Shown here piece by piece: positions 41,373 through 50,841 of a stretch of 64,000 nucleotides of DNA. The stretch is from positions 5,952,001 through 6,016,000 of the forward strand of contig OZ250169.1 in NCBI GenBank assembly GCA_965237955.1, read 5' to 3'. A program made the position numbers and the translations under genes. The notes beneath the pieces are model-generated. The model did no database searches. It saw only the letters and a program-made list of their open reading frames with translations, and was not told the DNA's origin. Source of the stretch: Candidatus Marinacidobacterales bacterium. GTDB lineage: Bacteria > Acidobacteriota > Vicinamibacteria > Marinacidobacterales > SMYC01. Numbering within the stretch: position 1 is the stretch's first letter; each line of letters begins with the position of its first letter.

Positions 41373-42940
41373 CGTCCGACGCGTGACAGGTAGGCCCGAA
41401 TCTCGTCGGCGCCCTGGGCGTTAGGGCGCATCTTCAAGTAGATCTCGAAGGCGTCCGTGGCGGCTTCGTGTTGGTCGAGCTGGTAGTACACGAGCCCGAG
41501 CTCGCGGTACGGATCGGCGAAGTTTCGGTCGGCGGCCGCGGCGCTCCGGAAGGCTTGGATCGCCTGCTCGGCCGAGTTGATCCCACCCGTATCCCACAGG
41601 ATTTTGCCTTTGTAGTAGAGCGCGGCTGCATCGTTCGGGTTGCGCTCGAGCTCGTTCGCGAACGCCTTCGCCGCGTTCTTGTACTCCCCGCGGTGGTAGT
41701 TGTCCGCAGCCACGTGTACGCGAACGCGCTCGACGACGCGCTGGTACGTTTCCTCGTTGCGGGTCATCGCCGCACCGTCGATCGTCCCTCGGTAGCGCGC
41801 GTTGATCTCGCGCGTCAAATTGCTGATGCGCGCGGCATGGGTCGAGTGATCGCTGAAAAAGAAATTTTGTACAGCGTTCTGATCTGCAGTGTAGCTATCG
41901 AACACCCGCCACACCTCGGGTGCCTGGAACGGGTCGTAGCCCGCATCGACCATGTAGTTCAGGCCGATGCGATCGGCTTCGTCCTCGAGCTTGCGTCCGT
42001 GGCCGTTGACCATCGCGGACACGGTGAGACCTGCGCCGAGCCCGGCGAGCGCGCCCGCCCAACCTTTGTCGGTGGCGGCGCCGACCGCGATCCCTCCGGC
42101 GATCGCGCCGAGCTGAAGCCATTTCATCTTGTTCTGCTTCTTGTAGCCGCGATAGCCGTGGCGATGCGTCGCGTGCGCAATCTCGTGTCCGAGAACCGTG
42201 GCGAGCTGCGCTTCGTTTTCGAGAATCGCGAGCAGGCCCGTATGCACGACGACGCTTCCGTCGGGGAGCGCGAACGCGTTCAAGCTCGGATCGTCGATGA
42301 CGGTGAAGTTGAAGCCGAGCTCGTTCGGATCGACCCACGCGGGTACGAGGCTGTCCCCCACTTGGCTGACATAGCGGACCAGCTCGGCGTCGTCGTAGGG
42401 CTCGAGAGCATCCTTCAACTTCGCCACGTCCTGCCGGACCAGATTCATGAACTTCGCTTCGTCTTGATTCAAGCCCTGGGCTCCAACGTCTACCTCGGTA
42501 AGCTGCACCGAGCCGTCATCGAGCACGGTGCCCTTTCCCTTGAGACGCATGCCTGGCTCGAGCGCCGGTCTTTGCATCGTGCGTGGCCAGAACATCTCGA
42601 GGCCTTCGACTTCGATCGACGCATCGGAGACGGTCTCGATGAAGCCTTCGACTTTGACGTTCTCGTTCTTTTTGTTGCGGACTTTCAGCTTTTTGGCGAC
42701 GAAACGATCGCCGCGCCGGTCACCCTCGACTTCGACTTCCCAGCCGATACGAAGATCGGTTGCGGAGATGTCCTTCTGATTTTTGCGCTCGATCTTGGCG
42801 TCGGACCGAAGCTCGACGGAGATACCTTCGACGACGAAATTGCGGCCGTGAACGTCCCAGAGGTAGCCCTTGAACTTTTAGGCGTGAACGCTGGCCGCCA
42901 CCAACAGAACACACGCAAAGAAAAACAAACGTCTGTGCAT
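41369..42940 (-). pseudogene. Secreted M48 metallopeptidase with N-terminal OB-like repeats and C-terminal TPR; nonsense codon at 42878-42880
   Basis: ATG 42940 gives signal peptide MHRRLFFFACVLLVAASVHA, then in-frame TAA, then an open frame through NAFALPDG, GHEIAH, EDEAD and TPRs. Confidence 0.85.
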
Positions 42941-42949
42941 ACGGCGACG

Positions 42950-43617
42950 CTAGCGAGCATTCGGGTCGTTGTCAACTGGGAAAGACGCGCGGCGGAGGTA
43001 GTGCTCGTAGTGCTCGAGCCCGGCCGCGAAGCCGTCACGGCCGAACCCGAAGCGCACGTGTTTATCGCCGTAGCTGAGGAAAGAGCTCGGCAACAACACG
43101 ACGCCTGCTTCTTGCGCGAGGGTGTGGCAGTAATCCGTGGCCGAGGGTACGTCGACGCCCACGAGAGCCACCTGACCGGCGCGAGGCGCGCGCCATTGAA
43201 AGAGCTCGTCCCAGCGCTCGAAAAACGCTTTGCCGCGCGCGAGGTTGCTCTCCACCCGTCGGCGGTTTCTCGCGAACAACTCGTCCCGGGCATCGAAGGC
43301 AGCTAGCGCGAGAAGCTCGACCGGCGCCGGCGGACAGATGCTCGTGTAGTACTTCCAGTTCAGAATGTTCTCGCGAAGCGCCTGGTCCCGGACCACAACC
43401 CACCCGCTGCGAAGCCCTGGCAAGCCGTAGGACTTGGAAAGCCCGGCGAGCACGATACTCCGCTCGTAGATCTCCGCTGCCGTGGGGAGCGCCGTCGTGC
43501 CTTCGAGCTCGAGCCCTCGGTACATCTCGTCGCTGAAGAGCCAGACGTCGCGTTCACGTGCGCGCTCGACAATCTCGGAAAACTCCCCCGGCGTCGGCAT
43601 AAACCCGGTCGGATTGT
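42950..43617 (-). pseudogene. Class I/II PLP aminotransferase, C-terminal half
   Basis: NPTG, SDEMY, LSKSYGLPGLRSGW, VRFGFG; N-terminus missing. Confidence 0.82.
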
Positions 43618-43782
43618 AGTGAAATCAGTAATATCGCCATCGCCGTGGATCTTCCGAAGGATGTACTGTCCGCGGTTCCCTGCCACCGAGCGGTACTCCT
43701 CGATGCCGGTTCTTTTGACGTATTGGAGATAGTCGTCTGCCTTCTCGGCCGGTGTTCTCCCGTGCCAAATGCGGGCGATCAT
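43618..43782 (-). pseudogene. ABM-like (dimeric alpha-beta barrel) protein, N-terminal fragment
   Basis: MIARIWHGRT..Y..GNRG with RBS GAGGAG; ends at the junction with the aminotransferase fragment. Confidence 0.7.
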
Positions 43783-43828
43783 GGACTCCTCCTCACCTAA
43801 CTGGTAAACTACATTACGTTGGTTAGAG

Positions 43829-44248
43829 ATGAAGCACAACAGTTACCCGTGCCTCGATTTCGTCAACTCGGGATCGCCACGCGCACAAGAGCTCAGGGAC
43901 GCGCTCTTCGAGATCTTTGCGGCCGAAGCTCGCGGTCGTCGTGCGCCCCGTCGTGCACTGCGTGCTCTCGAGGAGAAGTTATCGGCGTCGTATCGACAGC
44001 CGCTGCTCGAACGGAACGACGGTCGCTACCAGCTCACCTGGGAGTCGAACGCCAGAATGGGTGACATCGTCCGCTCCACCGTCGAGCTTTTGACATCCGA
44101 CGATCTCGGGCGGCTGCGTCTGTGCGCGGCCGATGACTGCAACGGGGTATTTCTGGATCACAGCAGGAACGGATCTCGCCGGTGGTGTGACATGAACGTG
44201 TGCGGCAATCGCGCCAAGGCCCGACGTTACTACGCGAGGTGGTCATGA
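43829..44248 (+). CDS. CGNR zinc-finger (ABATE) protein
   Basis: LDFVNS, RLRLC..C..FLDHSRNGSRRWCDM..CGNRAK. Confidence 0.88.
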   Translation: MKHNSYPCLDFVNSGSPRAQELRDALFEIFAAEARGRRAPRRALRALEEKLSASYRQPLLERNDGRYQLTWESNARMGDIVRSTVELLTSDDLGRLRLCAADDCNGVFLDHSRNGSRRWCDMNVCGNRAKARRYYARWS

Positions 44249-44724
44249 GTGGTGAGACGGAATGGTTCCTTCCCTTTCTTGGATGCGTCATCGTTGTGCT
44301 CGTTCTGTTGCTTCTGCATTCGCGTATCGAGATGGAGCAGCGGCTCCAGCGCCGTCTCGACGAGTGGCGAACTAGTGAGCTCGAATCACGAGCGGCAGAG
44401 CTTCTCGAACGATGGAAGCTCGAGGCCGAACCGGATATTCGCCGCGACGCTGTCCGCCGCTCGCGGGCGGCGGTGACCGGCAAGGTCACCGAGCACCTCG
44501 TTCCGCTCATGGGCAAGTTTCCTTACAACCCCAAAGATGTGCGCTTTCTCGGAACGCCGGTCGATCTAGTCGTCTTCGACGGCATGGATGAAGACGATTT
44601 GAGCGAGATCGTGTTCGTCGAAGTCAAGACAGGCGCGTCGGCAAGTCTGAGTACGCGAGAAAGGCGCATTCGTGATGCCGTCCGCGCCGGCTGCGTTCGC
44701 TGGCACGAGCTTCGTATTGACTAG
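44245..44724 (+). CDS. Holliday-junction-resolvase-like endonuclease with N-terminal TM
   Basis: RSRAAVTGKVTEHLVP, RFLGTPVDLVVFDG, FVEVKTG. Confidence 0.85.
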   Translation: MSGETEWFLPFLGCVIVVLVLLLLHSRIEMEQRLQRRLDEWRTSELESRAAELLERWKLEAEPDIRRDAVRRSRAAVTGKVTEHLVPLMGKFPYNPKDVRFLGTPVDLVVFDGMDEDDLSEIVFVEVKTGASASLSTRERRIRDAVRAGCVRWHELRID

Positions 44725-44843
44725 TGGCTAGCGCAAGCCCATGCGATCGAGAAGCGCCTGGAACCGAGGCTCGGATTTGAGATCGACGAGAAATATATCC
44801 GGAATTGCCTTCGCGTAGATCAGTAGAGGCATAGAAGGAATCT

Positions 44844-45284
44844 CTACCCTTTTCCCGAGCGTTCGCTCCGCGAAGCCGCCTCCTCGAGCAACCAAAGCGG
44901 GCCGACGAGGAGTTGTTCCAGGTTCTTGAAAAAGGCCGGCGACTTTTTTTCGTAAACGAAATGCCCGACGAATTGAAGGAGCCAGCCCCCCAGGAATCCA
45001 GCCCAGAGGATCGCGGTGGAGACCGCCGGCGCCACCACGAACGCGAGCGCAATGAACCCGGCAAACGGTAACGTCAGCTTCACGCTGAGCCGCAGGTCGT
45101 AGAGGACCGCCGCGACTGCCACTGGCACCGCCAGGCTGACCGGCCCCAGAGAAATCCGGGAAAGCAGTCCGACGAGCGTGACGATAATCAGCGGAACGCC
45201 GACGTAGTGAGTCATCTTGTTCGCCGGATGCCGATGATAGGCGCCGTAGTCCTCGAAAAGTTTGGAAAGCTCTGGACTCGCCAC
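44844..45284 (-). CDS. DUF962/Mpo1-like membrane protein
   Basis: YHRHPANKMTHYVGVP, QFVGHFVYEKKSPAF. Confidence 0.88.
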   Translation of the reverse strand: MASPELSKLFEDYGAYHRHPANKMTHYVGVPLIIVTLVGLLSRISLGPVSLAVPVAVAAVLYDLRLSVKLTLPFAGFIALAFVVAPAVSTAILWAGFLGGWLLQFVGHFVYEKKSPAFFKNLEQLLVGPLWLLEEAASRSERSGKG

Positions 45285-45387
45285 AACTACCTATCGTCTC
45301 ACGGCGGGGGGACTTTCGACAAGAAGCCCCCGTGCTATGATGGCCCCCGGGAGCTCGAAGACGAGACGGTAGAGGAGGTTACCACTC

Positions 45388-45792
45388 ATGGCGAAGGATT
45401 CGGAGGTCGCAAACACGGAGGCACACATTCCCGGCATCGATTACGACCCCGGCGCTCGGGAACGCCCGGCCTCGTATTCGATGATCGAGCCGCGCCTGAA
45501 GAACATCTACGCGCAGTTCTACAAAGCGACGTATTTCTCCGACGACAAGGCTCTCGACGGGAAGACCCAGGAGCTGATTGCGCTCGGGTGCTCGCTAGTG
45601 GCGAAATGCGATGGATGCATCGAAGGACACATCAAGAAGGCACTGAAAGAAGGCGCGACCAAAGAGGAGATCAGCGAAGTGATCGTCATCGCCGTGGGCA
45701 TCAACGCTGCTGCCATCGTGGATATGACGGATAAGGCAGCGATCAATCTAGGGTTGGACCACTTCCCCTCCAAGGCCAAACGGAAGGACTAG
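45388..45792 (+). CDS. Carboxymuconolactone decarboxylase/AhpD-family protein
   Basis: ALDGKTQELIAL..CDGCIEGH..GATKEEI. Confidence 0.88.
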   Translation: MAKDSEVANTEAHIPGIDYDPGARERPASYSMIEPRLKNIYAQFYKATYFSDDKALDGKTQELIALGCSLVAKCDGCIEGHIKKALKEGATKEEISEVIVIAVGINAAAIVDMTDKAAINLGLDHFPSKAKRKD

Positions 45793-46622
45793 AACGTTTC
45801 CATCCAATCCGAGTAGCTCCCAAGGCGTTGAGCGAGAACGCCGAGGGACGCGGATGGTGTGACTCCCGCCTCGGTGATGATTCCCGCGAACAGCTGGGGC
45901 GGAGTCACTTCGAAGAGCGGCACCTCCGACGTGTCGGTAGGCTCGAGCTCGATAGCCTCGGTGCTCGAGACTTTGTCTTCAGCGCAAACCGCATACATGG
46001 CGATGTCCTCCTCACGCGCGGCCAACGCGAGAAGACGAGTTCCTACTTTGTTGACCACGGCTCCCGAGGGCAGTACCGCATCCGCACCAACGAGGATAAC
46101 CTCGACCTGGAAGTTGACGACCGCGGCCGCGATCGCCGCGTCTGGGACGAGCGTCACCCCAATCCCGGTCTCTCGCAATGTGTCAGCTACGACGCTCCCC
46201 TCGCCTCCGGGCCGTGACTCCGCGACGCCGACCCATGGCGGTCTCGCATGGAGAAGCGCGTCTGTGACCGTTTCCGAGCGGGACAGCGTAAAGACTCGTC
46301 GCTCTCGCACCAGCTCGCCTGCCTGTCGCGCAGCGCGCCCGTCGGCAGTCGCGGCACGCTCGATGGCAACGCGCGCCTCGCGCTCCGCGGCACCAACGTC
46401 GCCCCGCGCCGCGTGCATCGTCCGGTGGATCCGGTTCGCGATGACGACCATGGACGGTCTCACTCGCGCGAGCTCCCGCGCGAGAGTTGCGAGCTGGCCC
46501 CAGGTGCACTCATCCGAGCGCGCGCGTTGCCTCAGAATCTCGAGCGCCCGAATCGATAAATAGGTCGAGCCGCGGGTTCGATCTTGTGCGATCGCTTCGA
46601 CGGACCACCCGGATTCCGTCAC
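45789..46622 (-). CDS. eIF-2B / ribose-bisphosphate isomerase family protein
   Basis: RPSM, TLSRSETV, ESRPGGEG, VGADAV, NKVGT, FEVTP, ITE. Confidence 0.82.
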   Translation of the reverse strand: MTESGWSVEAIAQDRTRGSTYLSIRALEILRQRARSDECTWGQLATLARELARVRPSMVVIANRIHRTMHAARGDVGAAEREARVAIERAATADGRAARQAGELVRERRVFTLSRSETVTDALLHARPPWVGVAESRPGGEGSVVADTLRETGIGVTLVPDAAIAAAVVNFQVEVILVGADAVLPSGAVVNKVGTRLLALAAREEDIAMYAVCAEDKVSSTEAIELEPTDTSEVPLFEVTPPQLFAGIITEAGVTPSASLGVLAQRLGSYSDWMETF

Positions 46623-47101
46623 GCTTTACCGAGGACCGCGACCAGCCGTTCCGCCTCGAGGCTTCCGATCAGAAACCTCTTGGTGCGAAAACCCGAGACC
46701 CGTTGCTCCTCCGCGAGCTCGAGGAGCACGCCCGTCGTCCCCCGGACCGTGTAGACTGATGTCGGCTCGCCGTCGAGTCGACCTGCGCGGATCCCCCAAC
46801 CCCCGAATTGCAAAATCGGGCGGTACGACACGACGCGCGCGCGCACGATATTGGTTATCGGCACCCGCTGTATCGGCCAACCGAGATGGCCGAACTCGGC
46901 TGTCAACATGTCTGCATCCATCCGAATAAGGAGTCGGCCGAACATCAGCGGTAGTAGAACGAGCGGCACGCCAATGACGGCCGGCACCCACGGCAGCGTT
47001 GGCACGGCAGCAGCCTGCGCCCACACGACTCCTGCCACGCCCAGCAGATACAGAAACTGTACGAGCGGGTGGAACGAAACCGTCTCCTCGTACCGAAACA
47101 T
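46619..47101 (-). CDS. Hypothetical membrane protein
   Basis: Two TM helices, FGGWGIR motif. Confidence 0.7.
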   Translation of the reverse strand: MFRYEETVSFHPLVQFLYLLGVAGVVWAQAAAVPTLPWVPAVIGVPLVLLPLMFGRLLIRMDADMLTAEFGHLGWPIQRVPITNIVRARVVSYRPILQFGGWGIRAGRLDGEPTSVYTVRGTTGVLLELAEEQRVSGFRTKRFLIGSLEAERLVAVLGKA

Positions 47102-47119
47102 GGGTCTGCGGACGGCTAC

Positions 47120-47150
47120 GCCATCAGCCGTCGGCCGTCGGCCATCAGCT
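47120..47150. repeat. Short 7-bp tandem repeat (GCCATCA/GCCGTCG)
   Basis: gccatca gccgtcg gccgtcg gccatca gct at the 3' end of the pheA fusion. Confidence 0.7.
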
Positions 47151-49205
47151 TCCCTTGCGCTTCCCGTTCAGCAATCCCGCCATGAGGCTTTCGAATTGCG
47201 GGAACAACAACGCCTGAGGCCCATCGCTGAGCGCTTTTTCCGGCTCGGGATGGATCTCGACCATGATCGCATGAGCACCCACCGTCTTGCTCGCGAGGGC
47301 CAGCGGCGCCACGAGGTCGCGCTTGCCGGCGGCGTGCGACGGGTCAACGATCACCGGGAGGTGCGTCCGACCGCGCAGAACGGGAACGGCGCTCAAGTCG
47401 AGCGTGTTCCGGGTGGCGGTCTCGAACGTTCGAATCCCTCGCTCGCACAAAAACACTTGCTGGTTCCCGCCGGCGAGAATGTACTCGGCTGCCTGGAGCA
47501 GCTCGTCCAGGGATGAGCTCATGCCCCGCTTCAGCATGACCGGCCGACGCACGCGCCCCACTTCCGAAAGCAGCGAGAAGTTCTGCATGTTGCGCGCGCC
47601 AATTTGAAGGATGTCCGCCTTCTCGGCCACGCGCGCCACGTCGTCGGGTGACAGGACTTCGGTGACCACGGGAAGGTCGTACTTCCGCCCGGCCTCGACG
47701 AGCATGTCGAGGCCCTCGTAGCCCAGTCCCTGAAAGCTGTACGGCGACGTGCGCGGCTTGAAACATCCGCCCCGCAGGATCAGCCCACCGTGCTCCTTGA
47801 CCTCGCGTGCGCATGCCATGATCTGGTCCATCGATTCGACCGCGCATGGCCCGGCAATGACGACGAGGTCGTCGCCCCCGAGTCGTGCACCCTTCACTTC
47901 GATGACGGTGTCCTCGGACTTGTACTCGCGACTCGCGAGCCGGTACCCAGATGCTTTCCGTTTGTCGTGAACGGGTTTGAATACCGGTTCCGCCGCGCTT
48001 TCCGCTTCGCCATCGGCCTGGGGCGCGACGCTACCCCGCCCCGACATTGGTGCGCGCAAGTCCTGCGACGGGTAGCAACCCAAGACTTTGATGAAACGCA
48101 CGCTCCGGGTCACTTCGTCCAGCCCATTTTGAATCTTCTCGTCCGCTAGGTTCCCTTCGAAGTCGAGATAGAACATCTCCTCCCAAGGATTTTCGAGAAT
48201 CGGCCGCGATTCGAGCTTGGTGAGGTTGATGCCGTGGTCGCGGAAAACGAGGAGCGTCTCGAGAAGCGAACCGGGCTGGTTTCCGGTCATCATGACGATC
48301 GACGTTTTGCACGGGATACGAGGATCCACCTCGATGGCTTTCCTGGACGCGACGAGAAAGCGGGTGAAGTTGGCGCTCTGATTCGAGATCCCGCGCTCGA
48401 CAACGCTGAGCCCGTAGAGGCGGGCCGCCTCTGCGCTGGCAATAGCGGCCTGAGTCGCATTCCCGTCCTCGATAATTTTCTTCCCCGAAAGCGCGGTGTC
48501 GGTGAAGTACTCGATCTTCAAGTGAGGGAGCTCGGCGAGGAAGTCACTGCACTGGAGCACCGTTTGCGGGTGGCAGTAGATGGTTCGGATACTTGAAAGG
48601 CTCGCGTCCGGCAAGCCGAGCAGGCAGTGCTCGACTTTGAACTTGACCTCCCCCACGATCGAGAGCTGCGCGTGGAGCAACAGGTCGTAGACGTCGTTGA
48701 TCCCGCCCGATGTCGTGTTCTCGATCGGGAGAATGGCGAGGTCGGCCTTCCCCTTCTCGACTGCATCGACGACGTCTTTGAATTGGGAGCGCCCCAGGTA
48801 GAATATGCTCGCGCCCTTTCGCGAGAAATATTCCTGTGCGGCGAGATGGCTGTAAGAGCCTTCGATGCCCTGGAACGCGACACGGATGACGCCGGGACCT
48901 TCGTTGGCTTTTTCCTGGTAGTACTCCTGCTGAACCCGGATCGAATCGTCGACAACGTCCTGGAAGACGCTGGTGACGTAGTGAGAGTCCAGCCCTAGCT
49001 TTTGGCCGAGCTGAATGCGGTCCGCCAGAAGCTCTTGTTCGCGGTTTTCGTCGCGAAACCAATCGGGCCCTACTTCCTTGGCCTTCGCGGCTTCGATACT
49101 ACGTTTGCGACGCTCGCCCAACAGGGTGAGCAGCTCTTTGTCGAGCGCGTCGATGTCTGTTCGAATCTCGCGGATGTCTCGACCGCGCGCCTTGTCATTA
49201 GACAT
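47145..49205 (-). CDS. pheA: Trifunctional chorismate mutase - prephenate dehydratase (ACT) - DAHP synthase (type I-beta)
   Basis: AroQ IRTDIDALD..LLGERR; PDT GSYSHLAA, PIENTTSG, NFTRF, ESRP; DAHPS IAGPCAVES, KPRTSPYSFQG, GARNMQN, DPSHA. Confidence 0.92.
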   Translation of the reverse strand: MSNDKARGRDIREIRTDIDALDKELLTLLGERRKRSIEAAKAKEVGPDWFRDENREQELLADRIQLGQKLGLDSHYVTSVFQDVVDDSIRVQQEYYQEKANEGPGVIRVAFQGIEGSYSHLAAQEYFSRKGASIFYLGRSQFKDVVDAVEKGKADLAILPIENTTSGGINDVYDLLLHAQLSIVGEVKFKVEHCLLGLPDASLSSIRTIYCHPQTVLQCSDFLAELPHLKIEYFTDTALSGKKIIEDGNATQAAIASAEAARLYGLSVVERGISNQSANFTRFLVASRKAIEVDPRIPCKTSIVMMTGNQPGSLLETLLVFRDHGINLTKLESRPILENPWEEMFYLDFEGNLADEKIQNGLDEVTRSVRFIKVLGCYPSQDLRAPMSGRGSVAPQADGEAESAAEPVFKPVHDKRKASGYRLASREYKSEDTVIEVKGARLGGDDLVVIAGPCAVESMDQIMACAREVKEHGGLILRGGCFKPRTSPYSFQGLGYEGLDMLVEAGRKYDLPVVTEVLSPDDVARVAEKADILQIGARNMQNFSLLSEVGRVRRPVMLKRGMSSSLDELLQAAEYILAGGNQQVFLCERGIRTFETATRNTLDLSAVPVLRGRTHLPVIVDPSHAAGKRDLVAPLALASKTVGAHAIMVEIHPEPEKALSDGPQALLFPQFESLMAGLLNGKRKGS

Positions 49206-49285
49206 TTTCTTTCCTCTTCTTTAGGGGTCGCCAATAAACCAATATCGGAAAAACGTAGGGGCGGGGTGGTGTAATAGTAGGCGCG

Positions 49286-49354
49286 CTAGGCGCCGAAATA
49301 GAAAAAGAAAGCGGCGCGGAAGGTAGGACGTGTTTTGACGCTCACCACTCTCAT
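49286..49354 (-). promoter_or_regulatory. Phe-rich leader peptide (pheL-like attenuator) MRVVSVKTRPTFRAAFFFYFGA
   Basis: 22-aa uORF with FFFYF ends 80 nt upstream of the pheA fusion; promoter TTGACG-17-GACAAT at 49404-49376. Confidence 0.8.
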
Positions 49355-49546
49355 CTTCTCTAATCCAGAGTTCAGATTGTCCTTCAAAAATCGTACGGCG
49401 TCAAGCCACCCCGTACGAATTTCGGATGATTGCCAGCCGATGAACTCGGGCGCCGAGTTACGCAACTTTAGCGTTTTCAACTACTTGAGATTTTGCGCGC
49501 CGTGTCACGCTTTCTGCAAAAGCGTTCTCCGAAAAGGAGATTTACC

Positions 49547-50011
49547 ATGAGAACGACAAGCAAGACTACAGGCGTTGCGGTCTTCCTGCTCGGCGTCATG
49601 GTGAGCTCGTCGGTGCTGGCAAGGCAGAACGGGAAATTCCTCGCCCGGAGTATCAACATGCCGGTCGAGCTCAGATTGTGTGAGCACCTGGAGGACGCGA
49701 TCTTGTACGAGAACGACTTGCCGACATCGGCCATGCCAGCGGAGCGGACCTTCCAATTCACCTACTACCCCGACCTCGGGGTCCTCTTGCCCGAGCAAGT
49801 ACGTGTCGAGGTGGCGGGAAAGTACAAAGAGGACGACGAGCCCTTCGTCACACGGTTGGCGGTCACGATCGACGATGCCGCCGGCACGCGCGAGCAAGCC
49901 AAGAAAAGCCCAAAGCTCGACATCCGCCTGGAGCCAAAGTCCCTCGTCTTCGCGTGCGAACGATACTGCAAGCGACTCGCTCCCGTGCCCCATACCTCTA
50001 CGGAGCAATAG
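49547..50011 (+). CDS. Secreted hypothetical protein (paralog 1)
   Basis: RBS AAGGAG, signal peptide; highly similar to 50320-50808. Confidence 0.8.
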   Translation: MRTTSKTTGVAVFLLGVMVSSSVLARQNGKFLARSINMPVELRLCEHLEDAILYENDLPTSAMPAERTFQFTYYPDLGVLLPEQVRVEVAGKYKEDDEPFVTRLAVTIDDAAGTREQAKKSPKLDIRLEPKSLVFACERYCKRLAPVPHTSTEQ

Positions 50012-50017
50012 AAAAAA

Positions 50018-50150
50018 AGACAACGCAAAGTCGCAAGGGCGCGAGGGCGCAAAGTGAGGCGCCTTCGGCGCTGATTCTCTCTTTGCGTCTTTGCGTTGAA
50101 AAAACAGGCCGTTGCTTTTCTCTGCGCCCTCTCCGTTCTCTGCGGTGATC
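50018..50150. repeat. REP-like palindromic element(s)
   Basis: caacgcaaagtcgcaag..ctttgcgtctttgcgttg inverted arms, followed by ctctgcg/ctctccg/ctctgcg repeats. Confidence 0.65.
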
Positions 50151-50268
50151 CTGTGTATCGTTACGGAGGCGCTACAGTTTTCGTAGTGTCGCCGGCGCGG
50201 ATACAGTTCGGGTCGAGTTGGATTCGCGCAACTCCCCTTTCTGCACTCATTTAAATCTTCCGTTCTCG

Positions 50269-50283
50269 TGGCACGGTTCATGC
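50269..50283 (+). promoter_or_regulatory. sigma54 (-24/-12) promoter
   Basis: TGGCAC-GGTTC-ATGC, 36 nt upstream of ATG 50320; degenerate TGTCAC-GCTTT-CTGC upstream of the paralog. Confidence 0.6.
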
Positions 50284-50319
50284 CTTCGTTCGTCTACACA
50301 AGAAAGAAGGAGAGTTGCC

Positions 50320-50808
50320 ATGAGAACGACAAGAAGGACACGGGGGCTTTGGATCTTGATGCTCGGCGTCATGGTGAGCTCTTTGGCCGACGCGGAGCAG
50401 AAGAGGAAACTACTCAACCGCAGTATCTACATGCCAGTGGAGTTCCGACTGTGCGAACATCTCGACAGTGCCATCTTCTACGAGAACGATCTCCCCACGT
50501 CGACGATGCCCGCAAAGCGGATCTTCCAGTTCACGTACTATCCCGATCTCGGTGTCGTGCTTCCCGAACAAGTGCCGGTCCGCGTCGAGGGCGCCTACAA
50601 GGAAGACGACGAACCCTTCGTCGCAAAATTGGCAGTCACCGTCGACGGCATTCACACCGCAAGGCGCTTCCGCTCGGCCGGCACCAAGGAGCAGGTCGAA
50701 AAAAAGCTCCACAAAGTCGACATCCGCCTGAAGCCGAAAGCACTGAAGCTCAAGTGCAAGCGCTACTGCACCAAACGTGTCACGACCGTAGCCGCAAACG
50801 ACCCGTGA
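50320..50808 (+). CDS. Secreted hypothetical protein (paralog 2)
   Basis: RBS AAGGAG, signal peptide; shared MPVE.RLCEHL..YENDLPTS..FQFTYYPDLGV..CxRYC. Confidence 0.8.
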   Translation: MRTTRRTRGLWILMLGVMVSSLADAEQKRKLLNRSIYMPVEFRLCEHLDSAIFYENDLPTSTMPAKRIFQFTYYPDLGVVLPEQVPVRVEGAYKEDDEPFVAKLAVTVDGIHTARRFRSAGTKEQVEKKLHKVDIRLKPKALKLKCKRYCTKRVTTVAANDP

Positions 50809-50841
50809 CAGAGCCGATGGCAACACCGCTCGCGCGCTGGA

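Noticed and set aside
41468-43306. 612-aa plus-strand ORF (likewise 13992-14831, 59385-60518 and 54254-55237)
   Set aside because: GC-rich antisense shadows of recognisable minus-strand genes.
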